Shown here piece after piece: positions 24,485-37,064 of a stretch of 64,000 nucleotides of DNA. Each line of letters starts with the position of its first letter. Positions within the stretch are counted from its first letter, which is position 1. The position numbers and the translations under genes were made by a program. The notes beneath the pieces were generated by a model. The model ran no database searches and had not been told where the DNA came from. It saw only the letters and a list, made by a program, of their open reading frames with translations. The DNA comes from Selaginella moellendorffii (lineage: Eukaryota > Plantae > Lycopodiophyta), in assembly GCF_000143415.4 (NCBI RefSeq), contig NW_003314398.1, forward strand, positions 1-64,000, given 5' to 3'.

Positions 24485-25055
24485 GTCTCTCACCCGGCTG
24501 AATCTGGATCGACCGTCTCTTTGCGCAGATTCTGAGAAATAAAAAGCAAGGCTAGATTCGAACGACAGAAATTTGGCTTACTGTGGTGGTGTGACGGCCT
24601 CCTCCCTCTCGCCCAGTTGAATCGACTCGCGCTCAATCGACCGTCTAGTCGAGCGTTCTCTGAAAGGCAAGAGGTTAGAAAAAAAGAAAGAAAGGAACCG
24701 AGATTTGGTGTCACGCCTGCTGGCGGCTGAGCCTCGAGCTGTCTAGGCGAGCGTCCTCTGAGAAGAAAAGGAAGACGCTAGAAACAGGAAAAGAACAGAG
24801 ATTCTCCCTCACCCAGTCTATCTCTGAGAAATAAAAGCTACGCTAGATTCGAAAGAAAAATTAGCTTTCTCTGAGAAATGAGAAAGAAGAGGCTAGAAAA
24901 ACGAAAAGGACAATCGACCGTCTAGTGAGAAATAAGAGAGGACGAGTTTAGAAAAAGAAAAAGGAGGGAAAATTCGGTCACCTCTGATCCATCTAGAGCG
25001 TTCTCTGAGGAAATTTTGGCTCCCCGCTCTCGCCCAGCTGAATCGACAATGACCT
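24485..25055. repeat. Degenerate modular repeat array
   Basis: Recurring modules CTCTGAGAAA, GCTAGA(TTCGAA/AAAA), ATCGACCGTCTAG, GAGCGTTCTCTGA and CCCAGCTGAATCGAC. Confidence 0.7.
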
Positions 25056-26639
25056 ATAGCAAACAAAAGAGGCTCAAAAATCTTACCGGGTGCACTGTCA
25101 TACCTTAAGATTGGAAGCGAAGAACCCTAAACCCGCCGGGCTTCCGTACGCCATACCGTACCAACTGGTACGGTCCCCTGTTTTAGCTGGAGAGCAGCCA
25201 GATCTCAAGGAACAGTGAAAGAGCGCGGGAGAAGTGAGATAGGAGAGCAGATCTGGGCCAGAGAAGAGCATATTTGAGTGAGGAAGCCGGGAGGGATCTG
25301 CTTCTGCTGCTGCATCGAGGAAGATTAAGCCCAAGAAGAAGAGGGGAGCGCTGGAGCGAGACCAGAGGAAACGCACGATGATATCGTGCAGGAGAAGTGG
25401 AGGTAGCGCCCGCAATGTTGTGTCGCTCGCGCCGTATGCGCCGTGCAGAAATGGAGATAAGAAGCAGCCCCGGGCGCACGACTTGGAGAGAAGAAGAGCC
25501 CAAGAAGAATGGAACAAGACAATCACCAAGGGGGAAAAAGAAGAACAAGCCCCAACGATTCAGATGATCCTAGGAGACGAAGAACTGGGAAAAGGTCAAA
25601 CCAGGGTACTCGAAACTCATTTACAAGGCCGTTTTGTATTACGCTCCTGTTGCTCTTTGTGCTCTTAGAGCCCGTCGTGGAGAATCCTGGGCTCGGTCGA
25701 GAGGAAGCTGTCCTCACGATCATTGCTAAACTTGTCAAAGCTCGCTTCAAAGAAGTGCTTGCTCTTCTTGCTCAGCAGCTTCTGGTGGTGGGAGGACTGA
25801 GTACGCAGCCATCCAGCCAGCTCCATTCTCAGGGGCTAGTTTCCGGCTATAAAAAGAATTTACAGTGTCACAAGAGGCAAAGCGATACTCTCTACCTTGA
25901 AACAACAAGAACAACACCGAAGACAGCCCAAAATTTGACCGAGAATGTGTACTTCTTTAAAAATGCATACGACTTGCCACCACCAAATAAGCCTGCATCA
26001 TCAAGAATCGCAAGCTTTCATACAATAAACAATCCATGGAACAAACACCTGCACTAAGATTGGCTGGGATAATCACTCGGCTGTATATACCCATGTCAAA
26101 AACCTGTAAGCAATTTCCTGTGACACCTCACCTGCGGTCGCCACCCCTGTAGAAAGGCCAAGTGCTTCCATTGCTCCCAAAACCAAAACTTTGAGAGCGT
26201 GGGTGCTCTCTATGTTGCTCACGGCCAACCACAGTAGTGATGATCCTAAAGCTTCTGCTGGAAATAGAAGCACCTCCTCGTCTATCAAATGATGATCAGC
26301 ATAGCTAGCATTGTCGCTCAAAAGAACCCCGGACTAACCTCTCGACTCAGACGAATTTTCTTGGATCTATAGAAACGAATAAAGCAACCAAGAGAAGAAA
26401 ACATGGAGAGTGAGACCTATGTGACGAGTTTCCAACTCAGTGGAATCATGATCTTGATGTTGAAAATCACCCTCCAAATGGGTGTGCTCGAATGCCGTCG
26501 CTTCCTGGAGCTGGAAACCAAAAAACGAAGAAGGAAATCTCACTTCGAGAACACAGCTCATCTCTAGCACCGGCGTCTTGATCGTTGCACCTTTGTCCAA
26601 GTGTACCTAGGTTTTTTGGGTTAACCGCCATTTCAGCTG

Positions 26640-27900
26640 AATTGTATAGTGAAATGTGCGAAACATCAACCAGAAGGAGCAAGAGCTCGATTTTGCAGCA
26701 AAACCAGGGATCATTCGTGGGGAAAAGAGATTTATGTTCAAATTCGGCGGTGTAGCGAAGTGAGAGATATTAGGTGTTCGATGCAATGCCAGACAAAAAT
26801 GGAGTTTCATGGCCTTTACGGCATATGCCCAATGTGGGAATTCTCTGACAGCAAAGCTAATCTCTGACTCGATGCCTTTTCCCTGGAATTCAATGATCCC
26901 CGTACGGAAAGAGAGGGCATCGCCAGGAATTAGGAATGAATTGTATGCTTGACGTCTACACCAAGCGTCGCGATGCCATAAACACGAAATCCATCTTCGA
27001 AAGGATGCCGGCACGGAATGTGGTGTCATCGCTGGATACGCCACATGGCCGAGGCACAAGCGCTGTTCGATGCTATTCCGGAACGCAACGTCACCTCCTG
27101 GAACACGTTCATCGACAGCTGGATCAACGCGGGGAATCTAGAGGACGTTGAGCGCTTGTTCCAACGAATGCTCGGCTGGGACATGGCCAGAATGGATCCA
27201 TCTAAGCTCAATCTGCCGTATCGTTCTTCCACTCTGGCATGAGCGAGCGCAATTTGATGATCTCTTGATGATCTTTGCTTCCGGAGATCTTGGGAGCTGC
27301 GATCAGAGTGATAGAATGCGCAAGAAGAACCTCGTCGTTCTAGACGTCATCCTCCAGGGCTACACTGCCGCTGGCCAGCTTGAGGAGGCCAAGTATATGT
27401 TCGACAATGCAATGCCGGAGAGCGATACAATGTCGTGGAATGTGATGCGCCGGCGGCGGAGCTCTATACGAGAGAATACCCGAGAAAGACCTCGCCTCGT
27501 CCACCTCGATGCTCCAATCTCTCGCCGAAAACGCATGCATGAAAGAGGCAAAGCTCGTCTTTGACGCCACTCCTCACTATGATACCGTGCTGTGCAATGC
27601 CCTCCTCCAGGCCTGTGCACGGCACCGCTATCTTCCAAACGCCAAAGCGCTCTTCGATTCCACCATTCAGCATTTGTGAGCGTTTCGGTGCGGCCAGCTC
27701 GGGCTGTTCGAGCGGGGATGGAATTATTTTCGAAATATGGTCGACGATCATCAAGTCGAAGCACTGGGAGCGCACTACTGCGGTCAGCCAGCCAAGGCCG
27801 AGGATCTCATCTCTAGGATGCCTTGCGTCATCATTTGAATGGCGTTTCTCGCTCCCTGTCGGTTCCAAGAAGATCCACAACGAGCAACAGTGGCTGTAGT
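26640..27900 (+). pseudogene. PLS/SS-class PPR pseudogene (27010-28110 duplicates 22040-23295; 26690-27020 duplicates 29760-30300)
   Basis: SIFERMPARNVVS, ALFDAIPERNVTSWNTFI and QGYTAAGQLEEAKYMFDNAMP, with frameshifts. Confidence 0.8.
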
Positions 27901-27939
27901 CCTGACGAGATGATCTTATAGATCTATCGAGACGTCGCG

Positions 27940-29480
27940 ATCAGCTGATGAAGAGAGCCCAAGAACACCTCGAGCAGCGGTAACTGCTAGATGGTGGTGA
28001 GATGATCTTGATCTCAGGTGCTAGAGCAAGCATCCCCAAGCGACGGCATCCGGGACAAACGGCATCGTCTCGAGAAGTTCGTGACCGTCTTCTGCTCGTC
28101 CCGATTTTCCCAGCATGTCTATCCTGAAGCAAAAGTGCCTGCTCGTCGGAAGAATCGAGTAGCTCTCATTGATCGAGAGGAAGTATGCCCATCCCTGGTC
28201 GAGCAAGCCCAAATGCGAGCAAGCTGCTAGTGCTCCCTTGAAGCTTCCTTCATCGGTCGATTTGCATCAATCCAAAGAGCTCAATCTCGTCTCTGGATTT
28301 TCCGTGCGCGGCAAGGGCCACGAGCATCGCGTTCCAGGCTACCACATCGAGCTCCGGCATGCGCAGAAAGAACTTCCACGCGTATCCACACGCTCCAAGC
28401 AAGAACGTCGTGCTGGATCATCCCTTCAAACATCTCTCGTGCTTCTACCTTTCTCGAGGCGAGGATGAAAGCTTGTAGCATTGAGTTGGAGCTGGCTAGA
28501 TTACGCTCGGGCACTGCGTCGAAGATCTCCTTGGCTTGCTCGAGATTTCCCCCTGTGAGCATACGAAACCACCATTTGCTCAAACAGCTCCCTCGATTCC
28601 TCCAAGAGCCCCATCTCCGAGCAAGCTCCATTCTCCGAGCAAAGAATCATGGCATTCCAAACAACGAGCTTCGCTGTGGCATTGTGGTGAGATATGCCTG
28701 GCTTTGTGGATTTGCCCGGTCTGGTGCATACGCAGCGATCATCATGGTGTAGGAGACCTCGTCGTGCTCAGGCATGAAATTCCGGAAGAATGCCACTGCC
28801 TCTTCGATCCTGCGATGTAAAACGCACCCTTTTGGAGCATCGAATTCCATTCTGCTGTGTCCCACGCCCGCATTGCTTGCAATTGCCAGATTCACCAAAT
28901 CGGAGATCCTTCGCGCGTCGGCCACAAACCTTGCCTGCTAGAGCATGAAGCGAGAGACGACATTCCATTCCGGAATCCCGTGCAGGAAGAGATCCATCGC
29001 GGCCGTCCGCGCGTATCCATCGATCATCACCGTCCACGTGGCGAGAGAACCTAGCGGCGTGGCATCGAAAATCTCTTAGTGCCCGTTTTGGGCATAGGCC
29101 TGGATCATCGCGTTCCATGTCACGGAATTCTTCGGAGGCATCCATTGGAAGATCCCTCACGCCTCTCTGCAATCCAGTGATCATCGTCGTCATTCTTGGT
29201 AGCTTCCTCGCGTCGGCGATTTGCCTGTGCTGGGCATACGTCGTGATCATCGAGTTCTCTTTCCTTGCATGGAGTCGAAGATCTGGCGAGCGGACTGGAT
29301 GTCGCCATTCTGTGCGTATGCCGCGAGGAGGATGTCGCGAGAGAATAGATTAAGCTGCTTGATCTGATCGAAAACCAGGCGAGCTTCACGCAATCTCCCG
29401 CACGTCCCATACATTTGTATGAGGAGATTCGCAAGAAAAGTGTTGTTGTCACGATGCTTGCTGTGGCGGATCCGACTAGC
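27940..29480 (-). pseudogene. PPR-E pseudogene on the minus strand
   Basis: NTFLANLLIQMYGTCGRLREARLVFDQI, AKEIFDAVPERNLASSNSML and HFCFRIDMLGKSGRAEDGHELLETMPFVPDAVAWGCLL; many frameshifts. Confidence 0.8.
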
Positions 29481-29739
29481 CCCTAAGCTTGTCGGCCTCT
29501 GTTCAAACCGTTGCTCTTGGTGGTCTTGGAGCCCGTCGTGGAGAATGCGGGGCTGCTCTTGGCAGTCTAGAGGACCAAAAGCCGAGTAGATCTTCTTGTT
29601 GCTAAGTGGACGAGTGTTGGTTGTTCTCGGCCTGCGCTTTGAAAATCTGGCCGTGTCTACTTTAGCAGTTCTCCAGGACTCCTGCTCCTCCTGCTTGATG
29701 TTTCGCTGCATTTCCTACGCAACGACCATTTCACTGAAT

Positions 29740-30328
29740 TCAGCTTGTGACACTAGGAAGTTCGCGGCGGGGAAAAGAGATTTACGGTCAAGTTCGGCGG
29801 CGTGGCGACTGTGCAGCGAGCAGCTGTCTCGAATTTGGCAATCCGGAGCTTGCAAGAAGCAAGAGAGATTTTCGATCGCATGGGCTCTGCGAGGAATCGC
29901 TTCTCTTGAGACAATATGATCGCTGCTTATGCCCAAAATGATGCAATGCCAGAAGAGAACGGAGTTTCATGGACGGCTATCCATGCCCAATGCGGGCATT
30001 TGCCAAAAGCAACCTAGTAGGAACATTTCCCCTGGAATTCAATGATCCAAGCGTACGGACAGAGAGGGCATCTCCAGGAATTTCGTGACATTTGTGAAAG
30101 AATGCTTGACCACGACATTGTGACGTGGCATTGTATGCTTGACGTCTACACGAAGCATCGGCACCTCATTCAAGCCGACACACCATGCTAGAGCGAAATG
30201 AGATATCTTGAACGATCATGACTGTCGCCCACACACAAATCCGGCAGCTCCAGAACGCAAAGTCCATCTTCGAAAGGGTGCCGGAATGGAATGTGGTGTT
30301 ATGGATGGCCATGATCGCTGGATATGGA
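29740..30328 (+). pseudogene. PPR fragment truncated by a fold-back element
   Basis: AKSIFERVPEWNVVLWMAMIAGYG ends at the AT-rich element. Confidence 0.7.
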
Positions 30329-30329
30329 T

Positions 30330-31092
30330 TAGATGGTAGAATAAATTAAAATATACTAAGAAGTGTTTAAGGAAGTTTTAATTTAAATGAATAACAACCA
30401 ATAAATAGTAGAATATCCTACAATATCAAAGCATATTTTAAGCATATTCACTACTACCCACTCTTTTTATAAGGTTTTCTTAAGTAAACCAAAAGAGATA
30501 CACTTTTATTTATAGGCACTTTTTTTTATATTTAAATCCCATCAAAAGTCATTTTTTGATTTACTTAAGCATAGTAGTGAATATGCTTAGAGTATATTTA
30601 GATATTCTAGGATATTCTACCATCTAACAGTTGTTATTCATTTAAATTAATTTTGTATTTAAAATAAACTTTCTTAAACCCTTTCTAGTATATTCTTTTT
30701 TATTTTCATCTAAAGGTTGATATGCAATAAGATTAATCTTGTATTTATAAATTAAACATGCTTATAATTATAAACTTCATTTGATCAATTGGATTAATAA
30801 GTAAAAATTGCTATGCATTGCATGTAGCAACACTTGGTTTGCTTATAAGTAGTGTTATTCTTACTTATTAATTCAATTGATCAAATAAAATTTATAATTA
30901 TAAGCATGTTTGTAATTTATCATAAGATTAATCTTAGATGATAGAATAAAAAAAATTACTATAAAGGGTTTAAGAAAGTTTATAAATTATAAACATATTT
31001 ATAAATTATAAGTACAAAATTAATCTAAATGAATAGCAACCGTTAAATGGTAGAATATCCTAGAATATTCAAGCATATCCTAGGTATATTTA
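30330..31092. mobile_element. AT-rich fold-back/MITE-like element with three arm copies
   Basis: 30330-30456 is inverted to 30570-30712; a second palindrome spans ~30580-31090 centred near 30830 (e.g. AACATGCTTATAATTATAAA / TTTATAATTATAAGCATGTT). Confidence 0.7.
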
Positions 31093-31274
31093 ATACAAAC
31101 CAAAAATAACACTGCTATATGCAAGGCATAACAATTTATTTTAGATATGTAAAACTTGATTAAGCTTTTTTTTCCTCTAAATTTGTCCTCAAAACAAAGA
31201 GGTCACACTCTTTTTAGCTTGTCTTTTAATTAATATTAGGTTATAGAAGTGGAGACTGAAGCCATATTGAGGTG

Positions 31275-34200
31275 ATGGTGAATCCACTTGTCTCCGTTAG
31301 CTGCCTCCCAGAGTTTAACAGGGTTGAAGCTCACCATGTTGTTCCAGGGGTCAAGCAAGTTGTCAAGGAACTGGTACGTGTAGATTTTATGATAAAAAAT
31401 TGTCATTGTGGTGTTTATTTCTTCCTCCAGGAGAAGGATTTGCTTGAGCTGGAGTGCTTTGCTGCCTCGAGTTTTGGAGAGAATGGTGGCGATCTGTGGG
31501 AGGCGCTCGTCCATCCCTTCGAACGCATTCTTGATCGCTTGACTGTGGTATGGGGGATTGTTTCGCATCTCAAGGATGTCAAGGATTCCGACGCTCTTCG
31601 AGCTGCTGTGGACAAAGCACAAGTAACTTTACTTGTTCTTTCTCCTGAGTTTTAGAACTGTTGTGCAGCCCTTGAGAACGAACTTTTTGTTGAGGTTAGG
31701 ACAGAGCAAGGCTTTGTATCAGGCGTTTGAGAAGATCCGCAATGGTGCCTTGTTCGATACACTGAACGAAGCTCAGCAACGAGTTGTAGAAGGTATGTGA
31801 GCGCTTCATTTGATCTCTTGTGGAGTTCTCTCTCTTTTGTTTTCTTCAGGACGTTTGAAAGATGCCATACTAAATGGAGTGGCATTAGAACATGAGAAGA
31901 AAGTGCATTTTAATGAGATCCAACAGGTATATATATGTGTTTGTTCTTGGCTAACATTTCAAAGTTTTGTAGGAGCTGGAGAAATTACTGAACAAATTCA
32001 GTGAAAATGTGCTGGACTCCACCAAGTTGTTTGGGAAGCTGGTGACTGATATTTCTGTTCTTGAAGGCTTGCCGGAAACGGCTCTTGCTCTTGCTGCACA
32101 AGCCGCAGTATCAAACAAAAGATCCTTAAGTTCGCTATTGATAATGCTTTGGTCATGTTGTATTTTTTGCAGGGATACGAAGGCGCCAATGCGAAGAGTG
32201 GACCGTGGCTGATAACTCTGGACAGTTCCATGTACTCGGCAGTGATGAGATTTGCGAGAAACCGTGACCTTCGCGAGGAAGTATATCGCGCAGACATCAC
32301 AGTGGCCTCCGGAGAGAGTTTTGATAACTTCCCTGTAATTACAAGAATTCTCGAGCTTCGCCAGCAGAAAGCGGAATTGTTAGGATACGAAAACCATGCT
32401 CAGGTAATATTACCTATACATGAGAGTCTAAAAAGTTCTTTTTAGTACAGGTGAGTATGCTTCAAAAGATGGCGACACTGGATTCTTGTCATGCACTTCT
32501 CGAAAAACTGCATAGTTGTTCACGAGATGCTGCTATTCGAGGTCTATGTTCTCTCTGCTATCAAAGCTTATTGCAAGTGTTTTTCTTTTTCGTTGATCTT
32601 CGTTTTAGACATGCGGCAGCTTGAGGAATTTGTGAGAAGTGAAAACTCAGAAGAAGATGAGAATTTGTTCCACTGGGACATTCCATATTGAACGGAGCGC
32701 TTCAGGGAGGCCAAGCTTGACATGAATGATGTAAGTTTTCCTTCCAAGGCTTGGTCATATTTGCTCACTTTATTTTGGAATTCTTAGAAGGAACTCAGGC
32801 CGTATTTCTCCATGCCTAATGTCATGGATGGCCTGTTCAGCCTTGCGAAGCGCTTGTTTGGCGTCCACATTGAAGAGCTGGAAGAAAATACACCAGTAAG
32901 CGTGCATGCCAAAACTATGATCCATCTATCTCAATCTGAATAACAGGTCTGGGACAAAGAAGTTAAGCTTTACAAGGTGGCAGAATGCGCCAGCGGAGAA
33001 AATCTGGGATACTTTTACCTGGACCCATTCTCGAGGCCGCACCAGAAGAGAAGTGGAAATTGGATGGGCGTAGTCTTTAACAGAAGCCATGCAGATGTGC
33101 AAAGAGGTGGCGGGGTGCGATTGCCTGTCGCTCATATTGTCTGCAACCAGGCACCACCATTACCCGATCAGCCAAGCTTGATGACGTTCTATGAGGTAGT
33201 AGCAGTAGGCTTTTTTATATTCATGATCTTTTGGGTAGCGCTGCAAAGTTTGACGGAGCACTTATGATTGAAACTTTGCAGGTGACAATGCTGTTTCATG
33301 AGTTCGGGCATGCTTTGCAGCACCTTTTGAGCAAACAGGACGAGGGTCTTGTGGCTGGATCCGAAGGAATAGAGTGGGATGCAGTTGAGATTCCCTCCCA
33401 GTTTATGGAGAACTGGTGCTATGACAGGTCTGATTCGATTGTAACAATCTAGTCTTCAACTAATCTCGTGATCGCAGGAACACTTTGATGAGCTTTGCAA
33501 TGCACTATAGAACTGGCCAAGAGCTCCCAGAGGCACTATATACGAAACTCAAGTCGTCAAGAACGTTTTTCTCGGCTTCAAACGTTCTTTATCTGGTAAG
33601 CCGAATGAAGAAATGTTTTCTTGGAATAATTTCTCGTTTTTGAATGCACACAGGTTTCCCGATCTCTGATTGATCTCAAGCTGCATGCAAAGCTCGAAGC
33701 CGTGAATTCGAAAGAGATTTACAACTTGTGCAACAAGGTTGCAGGGGAGATATTGATATTACCCCCTTTGCCTGAAGACAAGTCCATCTGCAAATTCCTC
33801 CACTTATTTGCCAGTATGTGTTTTTCCTCTATTTCTAATCTCTCCTGTATTTTTTCTCTTACTGGACTTATGTTGTTGGTTGTCATTCTTGTAGCAACTG
33901 AGTATGCAGCTGGTTACTATAGCTACCTGGTAAGCTGGCCTCAGAAAACATATCTTGACACTCAAAACGAATTTTGGTATGATTCTGTGCAGTGGTCTGA
34001 GGTTCTGTCATCAGATGCTTTTGGAGCATTTGAAGAAGCAGGCCTTGAAAATGAAACTGTGAGTGAAAACAATCAAGAGTGGGAAGACAATTGTTTCGCT
34101 TTTGTATGTTTCGCAGGCTGTTAAGAAGGCAGGAAAATTATTTAAGCAGACAATCCTTGAGCTTGGTGGAGGCAGAGCGCCTGCTAAAGTAAAACTTTTG

Positions 34201-34307
34201 ATAAATTTACACGAAACTCACGACAAGCTGTGCAGGTTTTTGAAGATTTCCGTGGGAGAGGCCCCAGCATAAATGCTCTTCTCAGGCATAGAGGTCTCGT
34301 GGTATAA
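31275..34307 (+). pseudogene. Oligopeptidase A (peptidase M3A, OOP/CyOP-like), multi-exon, with an in-frame TGA at 32689
   Basis: NPL...[42 protein letters not shown] zinc motif, [31 protein letters not shown]; WDIPY*TER where the family has W. Confidence 0.85.
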
Positions 34308-34950
34308 ATGTTGGTATATATATTGCTGCTTATCTTATAACATAATCACTAAAAAAACCTTGACTTCGAAACAAAATGCTCGTGAGGAGCTAGCAATGGA
34401 GGACGACGTCCGCGATTAAACACTGGAATTTCACACTCCTGCTCCGATCTTAATAAGATGGTTACGCCGTGGACGCTGTGCAGAGAAAGCCCGATCGCAT
34501 CAGAGCCGAGGCCGCCGAGTACCGAAAGCTGCTATCTCTTCGCCTCAAGGAGCAGTGATAGCGGTGGGCGTCTCGTTCTCGGTCGCCTCCACTTGAATAC
34601 AGGCTAAAATTCATGAAGAAGCTGGAGCCAGACTACGCGCGGACGTAAGCTTCGGGGGCGACTCTTTTCCTTGGGGAGGACTTATGACAGAAGCAAAGTG
34701 GAGAGAAACGCTGCAGGAGCAAAAATTCTCTAGCGAGTGATATTGGCATGAAAACTTAGATGGAACAACCGATCAGAGAGAGCCGGATCGCTCATGACAA
34801 ACACACAAATTAGAGACAAGCTTGCGTGAGCTGGAGCTGCTATTAGACTAGGAGAACATATGAATTTTATTGAGTGTGGAGTCTCCTAGGGAGACCAAAA
34901 CAACACAGTCAGCAACGTAATGGAAGAAAGAAAAAACGATTACCATTTGT

Positions 34951-35142
34951 TCAGGGCCCATACTTGTTGGTTACATTCGGGCCGCTGATGCTGGTTTCCG
35001 GCCCGCTTGGCCCTTCGGCTTTGGCATCGTGGCCTCCCTTGAGTGATGGCATTGGCATTGGCATGTCATCTCCATCACCCTGCCCAAAAGAGCTAGCCAC
35101 TAGGAGCAGGGTAAAGACAACAAGAAACTTTGCAAGAGTCAT
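34951..35142 (-). CDS. Putative small secreted Gly/Pro-rich peptide (63 aa)
   Basis: Typical signal peptide MTLAKFLVVFTLLLVASSFG followed by a hydrophilic G/P/S/D-rich tail. Confidence 0.55.
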   Translation of the reverse strand: MTLAKFLVVFTLLLVASSFGQGDGDDMPMPMPSLKGGHDAKAEGPSGPETSISGPNVTNKYGP

Positions 35143-35689
35143 TGAGAGTATTCACCGAGAGCAAGTTCTTGGTGGATTTGTGTTGTTTTATAGCCAAGGA
35201 TCGTACACCACCAATATGTATGAGCAAGTCATGCTCTTTCTTTCCTTCGTTGTTGGTGGAATAGTCGATTGAATTTAATCTAACACCTGAGGGATAGCAA
35301 TTTGTTTCCTGTAACTTGGATTTGATTTTTTCCTTCTTCTCAGGAGCCGGAGTAAACTTGTAGGGCTTTTGACGAGAATGGCTCGAAGAGTAACTTTGCC
35401 AATGCAAGGTGAACCTTTTCTTTTTCTTTCTCCTTTGTCCAGGCTTTGATCGTGAAAAAAAATGACATTATAGAATGTTGCCTTTTACTAGGGAGTCCCG
35501 AGGCTTTGGATTTGTGACGGAGACGACGACCAATACCTCCATGATCTCTTCATGGAACTGGATGGTTTTCTCCGTATGAGGGAGTGTCTAGTTGTTCTTT
35601 TCAGGTGTCTCAAATCAAACAAGCAGCTCGATCAACTGCTGAGCTTGTAGGCCAAAACAAAACGCGCCCGCTCAATTCCTGGTAACTAG

Positions 35690-36382
35690 CTTAGCGTGAT
35701 AAGAAGCTCGCCATGGGGCTATGGCCACAGAGACTGGACATTTCAAAAGCTAGAGGCTTGACGAGCCCACACACAAATGCGCACGGGTGGAAATCCCTTT
35801 GGTCGTCATTTGAAGGATGCAGATTGTTTAGTTTCCTGGACTTGGATCTTACAAAGCTTGCAAGGTCTTCCAGTTTAAGTCGCCGGATCTCACGGAAGAA
35901 GAGAGCACCGCGTTCCAGGCCACCGCACTCCACTGCGGCATTTGCCCAAACACAAGCTTGGATCGAGCAAAATTTCCTTCGAGGAGGATAGTCCATGAAA
36001 CAATCTCTCGCTCGAGAATTCGATCGAGGAGGTATTCCAGCTCGTGGATCCGGCCAAAATGTTCCAGGATCGTGCTCCGGGAGATGACGCTGGGGAATCG
36101 AATGCCATCAAAGATAAGATCCAAATCCGCAGCTTTGGCCGCCACCGCCACCGCTGCGGTGGATGAAACCACATCCAATTCAGGCATCCTGGTGAGGATA
36201 GAGAGCGCACGAGAGAAATATCTGCTGCTGGTGAGGCAGGAGAGGAGGATTTGGCGCCAGGAGAAAGGATTCCTGGCGGAAGAGGGGGATTTTAGATCTG
36301 GATGAGGTTGGACAGAAAGATGCGGTCGGCGGACATGAATCTCGATCGCAGACCTGGGAATGGACATTGCTGGAGTCGGCAA
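35690..36382 (-). pseudogene. Degenerate SS-type PPR gene
   Basis: RMPELDVVSSTA, EREIVSWTILL and VFGQMPQWSAVAWNAVLS motifs; degenerate. Confidence 0.65.
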
Positions 36383-36557
36383 TGTGGCGCACGGATTTGG
36401 TCAGCCGGAAGCACTCATCCACACATCTAAGAACCCTAAAAACAGAGTAGCATTTTGGCGGGATCGTCCTACACGAATATACCTATAGATGCTTTATTAA
36501 AACTTGGACAGAGATGGAAGATATATCATAGTGATTGAGAGCAAAAAAGGGATTTTT

Positions 36558-36962
36558 TCACGGGCATTTAGGCTTTCCCTTGTTGTTGAGGATGGCATCG
36601 CAGTCTTTCTTGCTCGCTTTTGGGCCATTTGGAACGCAAAAGCACTTGCTACAACATATGTTACACATCTTGTTGCACATCTCGGGCTCCCATGAGTTAG
36701 AGAGCATCGGTACTTGCAGTTTCCTCAACAGTCTGCGAAAGAGAAACAAAAACCCATCACTTATACTCGATCCAACCAGCAAAACTAGAAGCTCGAAACT
36801 TAAGAAACTGTGAAAGATGGCTCACCAAATCTCTGCTGCCAAGAACCACATTGCCACACACAAAAAGAAAAAGAGATTCGTCAAAACACGATCCGGAAGA
36901 ACTCAATCAGGCAATGCAGGTGGAGCTCACCTCGGCAATCACAGGATGAGAAATTCCCCATA
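36558..36962 (-). pseudogene. GASA/Snakin pseudogene
   Basis: Last exon DC*GNCKYRCS/NSWEPEMCNKMCNICCSKCFCVP...C...KPKCP has a stop, a 2-nt frameshift and no xCY; signal peptide exon truncated. Confidence 0.8.
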
Positions 36963-37064
36963 GTTCCGTCGCACGAATATTCTTATTCTTCTATATTCTT
37001 TACGGAAGAATATTCGTTAGCACGGCGATGAATATGCCTCTATAAACCCTAGATTGCGAGCGAA

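Noticed and set aside
24485-25055. CRISPR-like array
   Set aside because: Repeats are irregular and degenerate, there are no cas genes, and the context is eukaryotic
25640-26600. Possible minus-strand exons of an unknown gene
   Set aside because: No recognisable motif or consistent splice model
32689-32691. Rescue of the stop by RNA editing or selenocysteine
   Set aside because: Nuclear gene; restoring TGG is not a C-U edit; the conserved residue is Trp and land plants lack Sec machinery
34382-34860. Coding-like segment after the oligopeptidase
   Set aside because: Multiple stops and no identifiable family
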